Shown one piece after another: positions 37,901 to 48,670 of a stretch of DNA of 64,000 nucleotides. A model generated the notes under the pieces. It saw nothing but the letters and a program-made list of their open reading frames with translations, had not been told where the DNA came from and made no database searches. The DNA is from Owenia fusiformis. Lineage: Eukaryota. Numbering within the stretch: the first letter of the stretch is position 1; every line of letters begins with the position of its first letter. The position numbers and the translations under genes are program-made. Location: assembly GCA_903813345.2 (NCBI GenBank), contig CAIIXF020000001.1, positions 7,688,001 through 7,752,000 on the forward strand. Reading direction: 5' to 3'.

Positions 37901-38186
37901 TTGTTCTGGTTCATCCATATATCTCTTTCCATCCATCTGGTAGCCATTCTTTCTCAAAGACTAGTGTATTTTGTGCCATTTATAAGACTGCCTATGTGAA
38001 ATGGGGGCCACATTTAAGGCCACAGCCTTGCGTGAGGAGTTCTACCATATACCATCTATATGATAGGTAAGCTTGTAATCACACAGATTATACATTCTGG
38101 TTGAATCTTATGTTCCTCACATTTATATTGCAGGTATTAGGATGATCAAGAGGGACATTGTGTTTGCTGCTAGTTTATACCTCTAG
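4957..38186 (+). CDS. MTREX: Exosome RNA helicase MTR4 (MTREX/SKIV2L2), 24 visible coding exons, 5'-partial
   Basis: GT-AG exons: 4957-5055, 5780-5846, 6167-6342, 6869-7043, 7473-7563, 9497-9621, 10013-10111, 12193-12301, 18314-18445, 18664-18743, 19195-19305, 19457-19558, 27674-27799, 28516-28666, 32997-33241, 33401-33526, 34064-34174, 34529-34621, 34880-34975, 35196-35359, 35628-35790, 36048-36210, 36540-36644, 38134-38186 (TAG). The spliced product has AHTSAGKT (Walker A), [31 protein letters not shown], the arch/KOW region and the C-terminal [11 protein letters not shown] typical of MTR4. No start-codon exon was identified. Confidence 0.96.
5091..5621. repeat. 49-bp tandem minisatellite, about 11 copies
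   Basis: Unit TTATTATTGCATTATACTTATTAATGGGAACTTTAAAAGAACTATATAA repeated almost perfectly in an MTREX intron. Confidence 0.95.
7538..9090 (+). repeat. 67-bp tandem minisatellite, about 23 copies, overlapping the MTREX exon 7473-7563 donor
   Basis: Unit GTAATCTTAATCT(T/A)CACCTGTCTTTG(T/C)CCTTC(A/G)CCCTAG TGAGATGTACATTATATGAGAGATAAAG; AAG|GT junctions every 67 bp from 7563 (7630, 7697 ... 8568, then 8638 ... 9043). Confidence 0.97.
10379..12048 (+). mobile_element. Non-autonomous Helentron-like element (HINE) carrying a ~162-bp internal satellite array
   Basis: subTIR ATGTCCCCACC (10384-10394) / GGTGGGGACAT (12013-12023); 5' palindrome CCCCAC..GTGGGG; (GTCC)n near 10432-10465; about 6.5 copies of a ~162-bp unit (GCCATTTTGGATTTTCCGTCCTAAAATCTTGTC...) from about 10948 to 11990. 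Confidence 0.75.
12607..14271 (+). CDS. DIRS ORF1, gag-like protein (554 aa)
   Basis: First long ORF inside the element; Ser/Arg-rich disordered N-terminal half, helical core, basic C-terminus. Called gag-like from position only. Confidence 0.8.
   Translation: MAEQGSIQGEITSELNLNGPSTSSTLTGNEVINDVSLATTSVTDYVQSLVEEAVTRKMATLGNRPPTRPPSDRRSPSSSYLHNLEYSLPREQSPRSSKKAVETGKRGNDSHRNDTKFRDYNYSATHHVDVSRSTFRNRSRSPVSQLRSPSRLSHHSYSHTNRPSDSSPSRISGTSRQGTQNSRSIINNFSSKISQSQNSDSKPRILDSDDNEPSKSKSSEEEAVLLVRSLWDSTISALEIDQVNSSTNSKESLTRVALQKVDESSVTKASLPCPPVFHQLVQNINNQISSATSGFNTKGKLFRIKSSNYRLAKGDDSVVRPLKLNNSLGNLVPNDKTFSDFFKNADTKTQLSNKNWKGLEENLRAVLQPLVYSEWYIGSVSKLVTQLTAHLSNNTDPLVTQLLDSMGDLLLRGSTASVTATEGILKTLTNSALLQRDLIQEQVPTRFRESMRVLPVEHTSTTLYPESQLKDLVDSASSNLTNQALVTLAQSSSRSSKDKDRSQRQSRSDYRKKSSNKDWSKSQDKPKSDFRDSKKKYDNKGGKHFNKDNRFSKK
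14279..16366 (+). CDS. DIRS ORF2: reverse transcriptase + RNase H + adenine-methyltransferase-like domain
   Basis: First ATG at 14279 (frame open from 14198). RT motifs [32 protein letters not shown]; RNase [27 protein letters not shown]-terminal DMMAT..N, DAL...W and YIYPP, matching the DIRS MT-like domain. Confidence 0.93.
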   Translation: MIPIFTIPPFPGPVGGRLMFFLPNWKLLTEDPFILKMIQVGYIPQMNSTVTLCTEPNQFESSTSSKAARFSRVVEDLLQKNAVEEVLNRHSPGFYSNLFLVKKKNGEDRPVINLRTLNQVLIVPKFKMETVQQYMTSFQQGEWAVSLDLRDAYLHIMMKENFRKYLRFVVNGNILQFRVLPFGLATAPMIFTKILEPLASFFHKLGIKLHRYLDDWLIRGASPQEVSDHLWIVMTVTENLGFIINHKKSQLIPLQIFDYVGVRWDLHLGMSYPPQDRIDKILQLTDWFLTESRATAKQWMSLLGLLASAEKQVPLGRLHMRFLQQCLSQNWSQLRDPLDKMITVDCTARLDLLWWNQGQHLEKGMTLAPFSPEVTIFTDASTAMWGAHMDRNISKECCGNWSQSESNNHINWLELKAIQKALQHFQTHLQGKMVLICADNTTATTYLNKQGGTQSAKLTELSRQIWLWADLHQVRLRARHVPGRLNRRADLLSRGNQIVATEWSLHPAVVKQMFKIWGTPNLDMMATCYNNQLPVYVSPIQDQAAWATDALSLSWQNLHLYIYPPTPVIGLVLQKIKDHDCLALAILPKWQNQPWFPELLDLLVDYPREIPPWEKLLKMPRSQIFHQNPELFHLHACKLSRNLSLRRVFQHKCQKESHQMLEDLPPTESMMPNGRSSLFGVLRGIWIPAQSLFQK
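14350..17262 (+). CDS. DIRS ORF3: tyrosine recombinase; long 5' part overlaps ORF2 in another frame
   Basis: The C-terminal ~350 aa has the core-binding region ([15 protein letters not shown]) and catalytic residues R (KRRSD), K (FLPKS), HxxR (HETR), W (CSWAS) and Y (FTSYY), plus [11 protein letters not shown]. The true start codon is uncertain. Confidence 0.92.
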   Translation: MEAVNGRSVYTEDDPGRIHPTDEFNCDVMHRTKPVRVFNIEQSSSFQQSGRGPSAKECCRRSSKQTFPRVLQQSILGQEEEWRRQTRHQFENFKSSLNSSQIQNGNSTAVHDLLPTRRMGSILGPSGCLSSYNDERELPEVSPFCCQWKHSAISSPAFRSGNSTDDIHQDPGTPSLVLPQARDKTPPVFRRLVNPRSIATGSLRSPMDCDDGDGKPWLHHQSQEIAVDSVADLRLCRCTVGPSSRDVLSPPGQNRQNSTTNRLVPHRKSSNSQAVDVSSGITGISRETSPTGEITHEVPPTMPVSELVSTQRSIGQDDNSRLYCKIGPVVVESRPASGERDDFSSIFTRSDNIHRCFNSDVGCSHGSEHIERVLWKLVPIRIQQPHKLAGTKSHTESPSTLSDSPPRKDGVNLCRQHNCDNLPQQTRGNTVSKTDRVISTDMVMGRFTSSPSSRKTCARSTESKSRSVEPGKPDSCDRMVLTSSSCQTDVQDMGNSKSRHDGDMLQQPTTSVCLTNTRSSSLGNRRSIPKLAKSSSVHLSPHASDRISSTKDKGSRLFSSSNPSKMAESAVVPRTIGSSSGLSKGNPPMGETSQNAKKSDLPSKSRTFPSSRLQTLTKSLTQKGFSTQVSKRIASDARRPSTNRVYDAKWKKFSIWCSERNLDPCTVSVPEIADFLLYLHSVKKLTVSTIEGYRTVINQVLQQSSGTSLSSTQEISDLIHSFKLEDAQPKDLMPKWDLVFELHELTKPPFEPMSTADLKHVSWKTLFLLLLASGKRRSDIHAIDIRRIQWTRNNLEAVLFPFVGFLPKSLNCAEGQSRFQPVTIKALANFVGNETPDKFLCPVRALRYYLQATVPIRGSRNRLFIPFKKGCSSDVHPNTLSSWVKQLLNYAYKNASEESKLQGKIRPHETRAISSSLALQANASLTALFKTCSWASHNTFTSYYLRDVTVMEKGMHKLGPVVLAGTLCNF
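19597..19830. mobile_element. hAT-type MITE with 8-bp TSD
   Basis: TSD GCTTTATT at 19589-19596 and 19831-19838; CAG...CTG termini with imperfect TIR; internal inverted CTTTCGTATTCG / CGAATACGAAAG. Confidence 0.6.
20218..25598 (-). CDS. Cytochrome P450 (clan-2-like, CYP17/CYP2-like), 6 coding exons, 493 aa, nested antisense in an MTREX intron
   Basis: Exons 25598-25050, 24494-24270, 23929-23824, 21366-21101, 20869-20745, 20428-20218 join in frame via GT-AG (1482 nt). N-terminal TM anchor, [12 protein letters not shown] hinge, I-helix AGIFTT, ExxR (ETLR), PTRF, heme motif [10 protein letters not shown]. Possible 5'-UTR exon donor at 26716. Confidence 0.93.
23942..24110. repeat. 43-bp tandem repeat, 4 copies
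   Basis: TTGGAATGCTGTTATGTAAAGGATGTACATTTT.TTATATA.. repeated in a CYP intron. Confidence 0.85.
29268..30180. mobile_element. Cluster of palindromic/foldback MITE-like modules with internal duplication
   Basis: TATTATTACCACC...GGTGGTAATAATA element 29268-29495, re-copied at 29982-30123; TAACGTCATTTCTA (29500) with inverted partners at 29962 and 30154; long hairpin 29831-29942. Confidence 0.6.
36773..37911 (+). mobile_element. Non-autonomous Helentron-like element (HINE) carrying a 135-bp internal satellite array
   Basis: subTIR AATCCCATCGAAC (36779) / GTTCGATGGGATT (37867); (GTCC)n near 36818-36875; 135-bp units (TGGCCGCCATTTTAAC at 37276, 37411, 37546, 37681); 3' hairpin GCTACGC..GCGTTGC. 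Confidence 0.78.
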
Positions 38187-38702
38187 AGGGGAAATCTCTA
38201 CCCTATATATCAATATACAATGCATCCAGGGTCTGTCTCTATGATGCTCAAATGAACCATACCTTGCTGTGGCTCCAGTGATATGCCAGAAACCAATGTG
38301 ACTGTTTCAGGAATTTTATGTTGCATTGACTCTATTCTCAATTTACCTTTGAATTATCTATAGACTTACGAGTAGGTTTACTTGGATACAGCCGATGGGT
38401 TTAATCTATATTGAGAACTTTTACATCTCTCATTGTTAATAGAAGCATAAATGGAAAATAGTCCATTGTAACCAGGGACAATTATTATGGTCACTCAAAT
38501 ATAGCACTGTTATTTGGGATTCCTGAAACCAATGCAGCTACAGGCAGACAGGGTGGTTTGTATACTCCACTTGGGTAACCTGACACAGGTCAAGTACAAA
38601 TAGTTCAAGGTCATCATTTTCATCCAATTGTAGTATTGTACATATTGTATATATAAAAAACATTTGTACATTATTTTATGAATGTAGTAAACAAAATGTA
38701 AA

Positions 38703-38751
38703 AATAAATCAAACAAGAAATAAATATTTTGGTATTTGTTTGTTTTTTATT
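38703..38751. terminator. Candidate polyadenylation signals on both strands
   Basis: AATAAA at 38703 and 38719 (+), followed by a GT/T-rich tract, about 520 nt after the MTREX stop; AATAAA on the minus strand at 38746-38751. Confidence 0.5.
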
Positions 38752-41700
38752 GCAACATTTATACTAAATGATAAAAATACATTATATTCAGCCATATGTG
38801 CGCATCAGTAATGACTTTAATTATTACATGAGTCAGTGTGAATATGAACAATACAAGATAAACATTGGAAATAGTAACTAACATCTATTGTATCTATGCA
38901 GGTCTACTGTATAGAAAAACAGGTACACTGTTGGACTTATTTTTGGAATAAATAATATCAAGTTTGATTAATAATGAGAACACCTAATGTTCAGTTTAAT
39001 TGCTAGATCAGAAAATCTCATGACCAGTCATGTATTCTGAGTTACATATGTGCAATGTCTGAATGTGTGACTTGAATTTTCCTGAGTTTTTTTACAAACT
39101 GTCTACAAGACAGCCATGTTGCAACTTAAGTATTCCATAAATATGATCAACAGTGTATATAAGTAACATTATTACACAACATTATTGCGAATTTGCATAT
39201 GGTTTAACAATAGGTTTATTAAATATCCCCACATGCTTTTCAAATGTCACAGCACCTAGTAATTTTGAAACAACTATAATGCATCACTTCTACTATGTGT
39301 ACTAGTTTTCATAACAATTAATATCTTGGAGGATTTTTGCAAATTAATGATACATCTGTATTCTGAATGAAGTTTATTGTCTCTGGAAGCACCATCCATG
39401 AAGAGCAAATTAAAAGTGTCTAGACCGATAACAAATTAGATGTTCTGATGGACCAATGTTGAATTAGAAAACACATAGTCACATTCAAAATATCTCCAAA
39501 AATGTAGGACATTAAGTGGAGCAGATTTTCATTGGTTCATTGATCAATCATTGCTTGAGAGCAAAATGGCAGATCAAGAGAATACTCCAGCAACATAATT
39601 CCCCAAAGCAAAACAACATTGGTGGTAGGCTATTGTATGAATCATTTGATTTATGTTTTGTCAGTGCAACATATAGACCTATAACTGTATGATAAGGTTC
39701 CTTAAGAGTCCTTGAGATCAAGCTAGAATTAACTTACTAAGGTGGTCATTTGGTGCAAATGCACTTATTTACAAGGACAACATTATTTGTCATTTATATG
39801 CAAATATTTTACTAAAATTTCGGATCCAACAAGTTTAGTAAACTTGAAAAAAATCTTTAAAATCATACAGGTATGTTAACATTTGTGTGAAATATGATCA
39901 ACCAATCATCATCTTTTACATAATATGAACATACACAGGAGAGTTTCAGATTATTGGATTTGTACAACATGTTCATAATATTAGTAGTCATTAGCTAAAA
40001 TTGTTGACACAAAAAAATTGGAGAAAAATATAATTTTCTACCTTTTACAGGAAGTTTAAATAGGTATTTAAACATTAGACTGATGCTACACTCAACACTA
40101 CAACATTAGGAATCCAAAATATAGATGATATGTTACATTTTTTGGCATTTGTAAAAAAATACAGTGATCTTAATTCAACTTTCATTCTATCTTAACTCTT
40201 CAAATGTTGGCCTAGCTTGAGAATGAAAACACACTCTGTCCATATTAAGTTTATTATGTGTTTGATCATTTGATGAATGAATTTGATCTATGAATGATCT
40301 TCAAGGTAACTTCCTTCCAAGGACCATTATATCACAGCCAGCACCATCTATCTATTATATACTAAACTACAAGGCTGGTAACTTAGAGACAATAATTTTT
40401 TTCATTAATGTGATGTATCATGGTTTTCAACTTTCATATTTTTGAAACTTGTCAGAAAAGTTATTAGCGATTGATCTATAATGAAATATAACATTATGTC
40501 ATAATGCTGCGATATTGCCAAAAATAGCAAGAAATTCTATGCTTTATTCTGAATTTCACGATTTGCATGTGACTTTTGCCATGATTCAAGTATCAAAATA
40601 AGGAAAGAGTAGTAAGAATCAACTGAGACCAACAGCTAAGATGAAGTATATACCAAATCAATGAATATGACCAAATAAAAACCAAGGTACAAACTGAAGT
40701 CAAAAGAGTTACCACACTTTCAGTGTAATAATAGTGTAGCCAGAGCTCACTGTGTGTTATATGCCTCATTTCAAAAAATAAGTGTACATGTACAAGGAAA
40801 ACCACTGAGGCAAATAACAGGTCAAGGTAACAATAACAACTATTAACAAGGCATCAATTATATGCAAAATGTCACCACCAGCCATTTGTTACAGATGCCC
40901 ATCGACTGCTGAACACAATCCACAAAAAGGTTGGGAGTATAACAATACGTCGCCACGTTGTGACATAATAACATTGACTACGTTTTTCAAAATATAGCAA
41001 CTTACATTCCATCTATTATGTTTCCAGAAAGCTAGTTGAATTATCAATAGATCATTTATAGGTTATTTCAGGTAGTGTAGTTGAAATTGTATCAAATTAA
41101 ACTTGATAAGCTACCAAATGAACCTCTACAGTGAATGCAATTATATTACATTTTATATAATATACTATGATATAATACATTAATAACAATATAATACTAT
41201 ACTTGCTGCAACAACATTTGGCTTTTGTTCTCACTTGTAAGGTATTCAGTTAGCAAATACCTGAAATCAGTTTTCTCAAAAATAGAAATATGAATCTGGA
41301 TGGTGTATAAATTCTCTAGATAGTATGACCATAAGAATCATGATTCAAAATACACTGTTGGATCTGGGAGGGGCCTAAAGATTTTCCTACACAGGAAGGA
41401 AAATAAAAAATGTGTTCTTGTCCAGATCCCCTAGTATTCAATGAGATGATCTAAATCTATTATATTCTATAGTCAACCATATGACCAGGCTTATAACATA
41501 CCAATACAAGTAATACATGTAGTAAAGTTTTTGTGTAATTCGACAACAAAAATCATATGTATGTAAGGTAATTATGACTAAAACATAACTTCATATTGTT
41601 TATCAATCTGATATTCATAAATAATACAACTTGCACAAAGTGATACATTCTGTTTACAGTAGTTCATTTTGTGTGAAAATACATTTTTGATATATCTCAA

Positions 41701-41924
41701 GAAAATCAACATCTGAAATAGAATATGTGTCTTGAAAGATAAGGAGAGACTTTCATCAAAACACAAAGTATCCCATATATGGCTACGACTTCACTTCTGA
41801 CAATACAAACGATACCTTAATATTCTCTCTCTCATTCCTTGCTATCTTATAAAATATTGCATTGAATGTGTACATACAAGATGAAATGGTTTATTTACAG
41901 GAAGTTTTTCTTCCTGCTGGCCAT

Positions 41925-44900
41925 CTAATTCATTTTTGCCTGTATTGTATTCTGATTTTTATTCATTAAAACTTTCCGTGCTCCTTTAAGTAATTTTGAG
42001 AACCAGAATACGTTAAGTATGTCAAGTGTTACGCATGACGTCACCATGACATAATGTATATTCCCTACACTCCAGTAATAGTCTGTCCCATATACAGTAT
42101 AAACTTTGTGCCAATAGAATGGGATGCTAGCAATGCGGACGAGGAAGAAGGCTACTGTCAACCCCAGACCATTTGCTATAAATGCAGGTGATGATCGTTT
42201 ACAACCAAGTGCATCCATGAACCATCTAAAAGGTAATGCATTATTTTAGCACATGAGAAATACACATCTATTGGTTGCATAGCATATACATCTTTTGATT
42301 CAGCCATATTTTATTCATTAAAACAAAATACACATAAGTGAGAGATGAGTATTTGACTTAAGTATTTATATTCGAAGATTTAGACTAACCTTTGGTTTAC
42401 AAATGGAGTCGAAAATTCACACAACAGACGAAAATTGGCAAAGTAGGGAAATGTAGAATAAGTCTGAAAATAAAACATTTTGTTTTGGTTAAAAATACAT
42501 TTTTTATGCAGGATTAGACTGAACTGTATAAATATGAACCGATAATCGATTGAAGATACACTCTACTATGGTATATGAATTGTACAAGATTCAGGCAATT
42601 CACAGCAATTATGACAGATATTTATTATAAAGGATTCAAGCAATTTGTTGAATGATTTGAAGTGCAATACAGGATATATTTTGCTCGAGAAATTTCGTAT
42701 TGGAACGAGATGAAGTTGAGTGCCAATACAGAATATCGAGAGCATAATATATCCTGTATAAATCATTCTATAACGTTTTTATCGTGTGATCCTTTGTATT
42801 GCTACTGAGAAAAATGAAATTTCTGAAAATGTATTACATTTTTACCATTATGTATTTCTAAATGTCCTTACCATGACATAGTAATAAGCATATATGGTGG
42901 CACCATGGTGCAGTAGGTAGAGCAGGTATTCACTCCCAGTGGCAAAGTGGTATACAGACATTATGATCTGATCTGAAGAACAATCAGAAAAAGATATCAT
43001 TCAGGGTTAAATCAACCTTTAGTTGGCCATAACTTTGAGACTCACAGGCTAGTAGTACCACACTGCCATAATAATGAAACCAAGAAAGAAAAGCACTGTA
43101 CTTATTTTACAAAAGGTTTTATGTCATATATTTAAAACACATAATCAAGATAATTACTATAAGTAATACCTTTTATATTAGAAAACTTACCCGATGCCAT
43201 GTATCCTACCACTATTGCACATTCATATTTCACCACCGCTGAGTTAGCCCTACAAGAAATAAATGATCATATTTCATTATGTATGCAATGCTTCAGTCTA
43301 ATTTGATTGGTTTAACACAAAATTAGTATTGGAGCAGTAAATAGTGGTACAGTTGCATTATCGAAGCAATGCGGGTCTAAAATAATCATGTTGACTCCAG
43401 TGAGTTATCAAAAGACTCAAATTGCTGATCAAGTTCTGGATGAACGGATGGACTAATGGACAAACGGTGCTTAGAGATCATAAGTATTTCATAAGATAAC
43501 TTCCACAAACAAAACTTTCTAATTGTCAGTTGATACTACAATGTATACTGGTTTAAACCTAGTCTCAATCAAATTTCTATTGCTTGTTGCTTGTTTAACA
43601 ACACAACAGATGGTGAATGAAAATATTGATTCCATATAGCAGATAAAATTGAAATACAGTTATCTTATTTTGATATCATTAACATCTGCAATTCGAAAAA
43701 CTAGTTTCGTTCGATCTTCTTTTTCCTAAAATTATAATCATCCCCACAATCTGGGTTATTTGTGGGGGAAGTTAAAGCATGTGTTTTAATGAATACTTTA
43801 TATTTTAATTTAAACCACATACCAGATTGGGTGTACATAATGGACTCGTGGGGAAAGTTAAGTACATTTAATGGCTTGAAAGGATGGATGACTCCAGAGA
43901 TTACAACTACTTGATTGCCACATCCTGGTTCTAATAGAACTTAAATAAATTTTGATACTGTAATCTAATGAATTCAAAACTCTAATTTCTTACACAAAGG
44001 AAGAAAATATAAAATCAATAAATAAATGCAATAAATTTATGAGATTTTTCAAAAGCAATATAAGATATCTATAATATGAATAATATGGCAATAAGATGAT
44101 TAAATGTCACCACTTTGTAAATTATTGCTAATTGTTGGAGACACCAAACACAACTTGTTAAAGACTCTGAACGCGGACCACCGAACACTGTCCACATCAC
44201 TTTGGTGATGACAAAATAATACTAGAGAACAATGCGTACAATGCGATCATCTTGTGACAGTTACCTCCCCCAAGCTGATTCAGCAACAACAAATTTAGAA
44301 ATCCCCTAGTGAAAAGCTCTTTATGGTAAGTGTTATTGAGTTAAGTGTATGAATAATTAAGGCAACTACCAGATGGGGTCTCTATGCAGCTCATCATCCA
44401 TCAGTAATGCATACACAACCATGGTGTTAACAAGAGCACAATGGACGTTGGAATTGATTCTGAAACACACAAAAGCACAATCATCATGTGGTTTAATAAA
44501 AGCATTATATTAAGATTCACAGCTGGATAAATAATCTAATAAATATTGCATTAAAAACAATGTAAATGTATTTCTATGTGCTTTTTATCAAACAAATTAC
44601 TTTTATTTCATGATAAATATTTTTATGATTTGACTGAGCCATATAAGTAGTTTTATTATTTTCATTTGATGATCAATCATCATGCTTGAATAAATTACAT
44701 GTACATGAACAGGAAATGTAAACTTTATTCTGGGCTGTAAAAACAAGGAGTGCTGCTTCACTCAGAATTACACTCAAAAATGATACTGCTCTCAACCATA
44801 AATGCCATTTGGTGCAATCTAACTAGTTTTAGAGAATATTAATATCTAAGTGGTTTTAAAGAATTTTCATATCAGCAATACAAAGAATTAATTTAAAGAT

Positions 44901-46390
44901 ATTTTTGTCAGTTGAGTATCAAAAAGCCAATACTGTCTTTTTACTTACTACTTACAAACAAGTTGTTAGGTAAAAGTACATATAAGGGTGTTTCACTTTT
45001 CGACTTTTTTCGAATCAAGATGGAGTTTTGCCCAGTTGGTCTCCTAATAAAGGAAAGCAAGCACAAAAAATTTCAACCCAAATCCAGAGACTATGACTCC
45101 CCCTACCACACTTTTTGATGCCCATTCGCTACCATGTTAATAATCGTCTAAAAATTACAGAGAGTGTTATTTTCATCATGTTTGAGACCATGTTCTACCA
45201 AAGGCACTTCAGTGATTTGCCAACTGGAGGAGTAGGAGTAGGAGGCCAACTGGGCAAAACTCCATCTTGATTTGAAAAAAAGTCTAAAAGTGAAACACCC
45301 TAATGCATATAATTCATGCACTTTTGTTATCTCTGTCATATTACCCAACAAATAGGAATTTTGGATCCAATTATTATGAAATACAACATAAAGAAGAGGT
45401 TCTGACATGAGTACTTGTCAAAGATTATCTATTTTTAATAAGCTTCGATAAAGAAACAATATCGAAGCAGATCTCAATTATCATATGAGAAAATAATTTT
45501 CATAATGCCTGAACCAGTTTTTAATCAGCTAGGAAAATATATTTTTAAAGTGGATATTCTATACATTTTATGAAATCATGTACAGTGCACAAAGCTAAAA
45601 ATATTAGTTACCATTAACTGGACAGGCTCTGAAGGTAGTATATATCTTGTTATTTAAAACTGTTATAAAAATCTGAAGAAATTGAATATTATTTACTAAG
45701 GTAGATACCAATGCTTTTTGACACTCAACTTTTTGGCAATTAAAAAGCCCTGCCTGCATTTAGTTGTCATGTGAATAATTTTGAAACCATATCCTAATTA
45801 TTTCACAAACCCTTTGTTGATTCTGCAATAGTTTCCAATTTGAAAACAGCATTTAACCTTTTTAATTGGGAACTTTTTTGAAATTTCCAAAATGGCTGCC
45901 ATGTGATTCCAGAATTAACACGAGTGTGACGTGACATCACAGTTCCTCGTTCCTAGGTAACAACAAGATCACAATTGCTCGTTTCTAGGTAGCAACAAGA
46001 TTTTTGATTAAAATGGCACAGAATTGCCCTGATTAACACCCTTAAATCCGATTTTCAAAAAATATATTTGGAGAAACAATAAAAGGTAAGTGGAATAAAT
46101 TAGAAGATGGTTTCAAGTTACCAAAGAAGTCAATTTGAAACTCAAGAATGCTTTCTTTGACTCATAATCACAAAAAAGTCGAGTGACTTTTTAGATGTCG
46201 AAAATCTTAGTATAATTACTCACCGAGAGTTCCACTCCACCTGTTTATCAGGTGCCAGGAAATTATATCCAGGAATCCATGTCTGCGATAACTTAGGGCT
46301 GACAATCTTAAAGGAGAACAGGAAGAACAAGCAACTTATACAAGCTGCTGGATAGTATGAGACATCAGCCACAAATGGCATTCCAGCCAT
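41925..46390 (-). CDS. TLCD4: TLC-domain protein 4 (TMEM56), 6 coding exons, 263 aa
   Basis: Exons 46390-46224, 44459-44370, 43249-43191, 42972-42872, 42463-42390, 42225-41925 join in frame (792 nt). Motifs EWNSR, DPIW, GYMASD, HH, NFRLLCEFSTPFVNQRWF, FFLVRIAS, LDILNVFW. A UTR acceptor lies at 46487 and a candidate upstream non-coding exon donor at 56992. Confidence 0.92.
44984..45302. mobile_element. MITE with ~63-bp TIRs (hAT-like)
   Basis: AGGGTGTTTCACTTTT.GACTTTTTT..AATCAAGATGGAGTTTTGCCCAGTTGG.CTCCTA inverted at both ends; degenerate 8-bp TSD GTACATAT / ATGCATAT. Confidence 0.7.
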
Positions 46391-47995
46391 TTTTATAATA
46401 TCCTAGGATTTCTTAGTCTTTGTTAATAATAATCTCTTTGTCTTGTAGTTTTTAGTGGATTGTTCGACTCCTAGCCATCATGTGGCCTGAAAGTATAAAG
46501 AGAGTACTAATATATTGATGTAATTATTATTACACATACAAGGGGTGATCTCAGAGATCTATGTTGCAAATTTAGTTGCTATGGCACCTGATGAATAGGT
46601 ACCTGATGCACTCTCAAAATTCAAGTGAATCCTCTACCCTATAGTCTTGCTTAAAGACTGTGTACCCCCTATATATTCACCTTGACCCACACAATACCAA
46701 CATAACTGGTAGATAGTGAAGTGAAGTAGATAGGGTAGGGGGAGGGGGGGGGGGTCAGAGTCTTAGGCAAGACCACTACCTTTTGTTTATAACATCAAAT
46801 TCAGAATATCTTATATTGTGAAATCATCTGTGATACCATGTGTAACATCATCAGTGACAACATATGTAATTAAAGATAAGATATGCCTTATTGGCTCAAA
46901 AGTGGTTCTAAGGTTCCACAACCCGACAGTGAGCATGATCCAAAAGCAATACAAGCTGTAACCACTGTCTTTCTTCAATATTATACTATGGAGAACATGG
47001 AAAATTATAATGAAATTGGTGTTAAACGATGATTTCAAGATCATAGGCCAGTCAGAATAGTAACTTACTACCCCTTTAATATTCACCAAGACAACAGACT
47101 CTGAGGTTCCGAAGATCAAGCAAGAAAGCCACGCTTCTTGTGTTTATAGCCGATCTTCATTAAGAGTTTTCCCATAGTCCTACACGGGGTATATTAACAT
47201 TTTAATGTTTTTAAGATCAGCCAAGCACCAAGAGTAGTATAGTACTTGAAAGGATCTTTTAATAATTGTTTTGAGGAAGCATTTTATAATAAGTTCAAAA
47301 CCTAAGCAGTGTCTACTTTTTCCATTATGAGAACTTTTTTATGTATGAAAAAATTGTTATTTATGTTTTGGGTAAAACAACAATTATGCTGTTTTTGTAC
47401 AGTTTGTTTAGTGATATTGGATTTATTTCCATGGATTTAAAGGTTATTTAATGTTTTTGATACAGGGTTTATGTGAGGGAGATGCAATATATCAACCCGG
47501 GGGAAATTGAGCATTAATAACTGATTCATTCTATACTTAGTAGATAGCCAAGTCCCCTGGCTCAGTATCTACTCTTTGGATTTGTGATGTCGTAGATCTG
47601 ATGAGCGGGTGATATCAGCGTATTATATACGACCCGCTCACTTCAGATATCAGTTATATTCCTGCATGTTATTTACCTATAAACACTACTACATGTAAGT
47701 GTTGAATAAAATATACCAAATATATATACCAAATTTCCACTATGTATGATAACATGACTCCAAATATCAGAGCTGTCAAGTGTCCCGCGAATGGCGGGAT
47801 TATCCCGCGAATTTGATCAAAATTAGGCTAATTCGCGTGTCCCGCAATGTCCCGCGAAGTCCCGCAAATGTGGCTTTGACCTCCGCGAATTTCCGAAATT
47901 GTTGCAATCCCCTATATTGTGATTATCTTATCTTTTATAAGTTTTTGCACTTTTGAGGAGTAAAGTTTACCTAATTTTAAGTACCTAGCATGCTG

Positions 47996-48488
47996 CAGGC
48001 CTGTCAACTGTCCCGCAATTTGCGTATTTGTCACGCATTTGCTGAAGAATTTGAAGTCACGCCAGTTATTTTTGCGTGACAGAAAATGTCACGCAAATAC
48101 GCATTTTACCTGGTAATTGTCAAGCAAAAAAATTTCTGTAGAAAAATTTCTAAAAAAGATCGTCTACACAGCAAAAATACGAACGCCGGAAAAAAAATGT
48201 ACGCATTTCGTTCGGACTTTTCACGCGAATTATGTATATGTCACGCATTCCGTTCAAAATTTTTCGTACCTACCCCCCCCCCCGTTGACGGATGTTTGAA
48301 ACGCGAGCGTATCGAGCGCGAAAAATTTGAGGTGTACAAAATTTGGCAAGATGTAATAAAATTTAAACCAAGGTGTTCAAAATTTGGATCAAGGTGTCCA
48401 GATTTGGACCAAGGAGTCCACATTTTAAGGGGAGGTGTTCAACATTTCTAAGTCACTCATGTTAGGTGTTCCCAAGTTGACAGGCCTG
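47996..48488. mobile_element. Nested related MITE, 14-bp perfect TIR, 6-bp TSD
   Basis: TIR CAGGCCTGTCAACT / AGTTGACAGGCCTG; TSD ATGCTG at 47990 and 48489; subterminal TCACGC motifs. Confidence 0.8.
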
Positions 48489-48670
48489 ATGCTGTTGTTT
48501 GGTATCAAAATAAAGGGGAAAGGTTCAACTTTCATTTTAATTACGAAAATAGGGATGTAGGTCACAAATAGTTCCAACGTTGGCCTTTTTACTACCCGTG
48601 TGGCCTTCATCTCAGAACTGAGCAAATATTAGCAAACGCGAGTTACAATAAATGGACGCTGATATCTAGA

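Noticed and set aside
37275-38070. Short ORFs here and at 3836-4151 and 53423-53699
   Set aside because: They are translations of satellite or microsatellite units inside non-autonomous elements.
43823-43924. Mutually exclusive duplicate of a TLCD4 exon (ends CCCAATCTG|GT like the DPIW exon)
   Set aside because: The frame continuing from the upstream exon hits a stop and the rest shows no similarity; probably chance, though a poison exon is not excluded.
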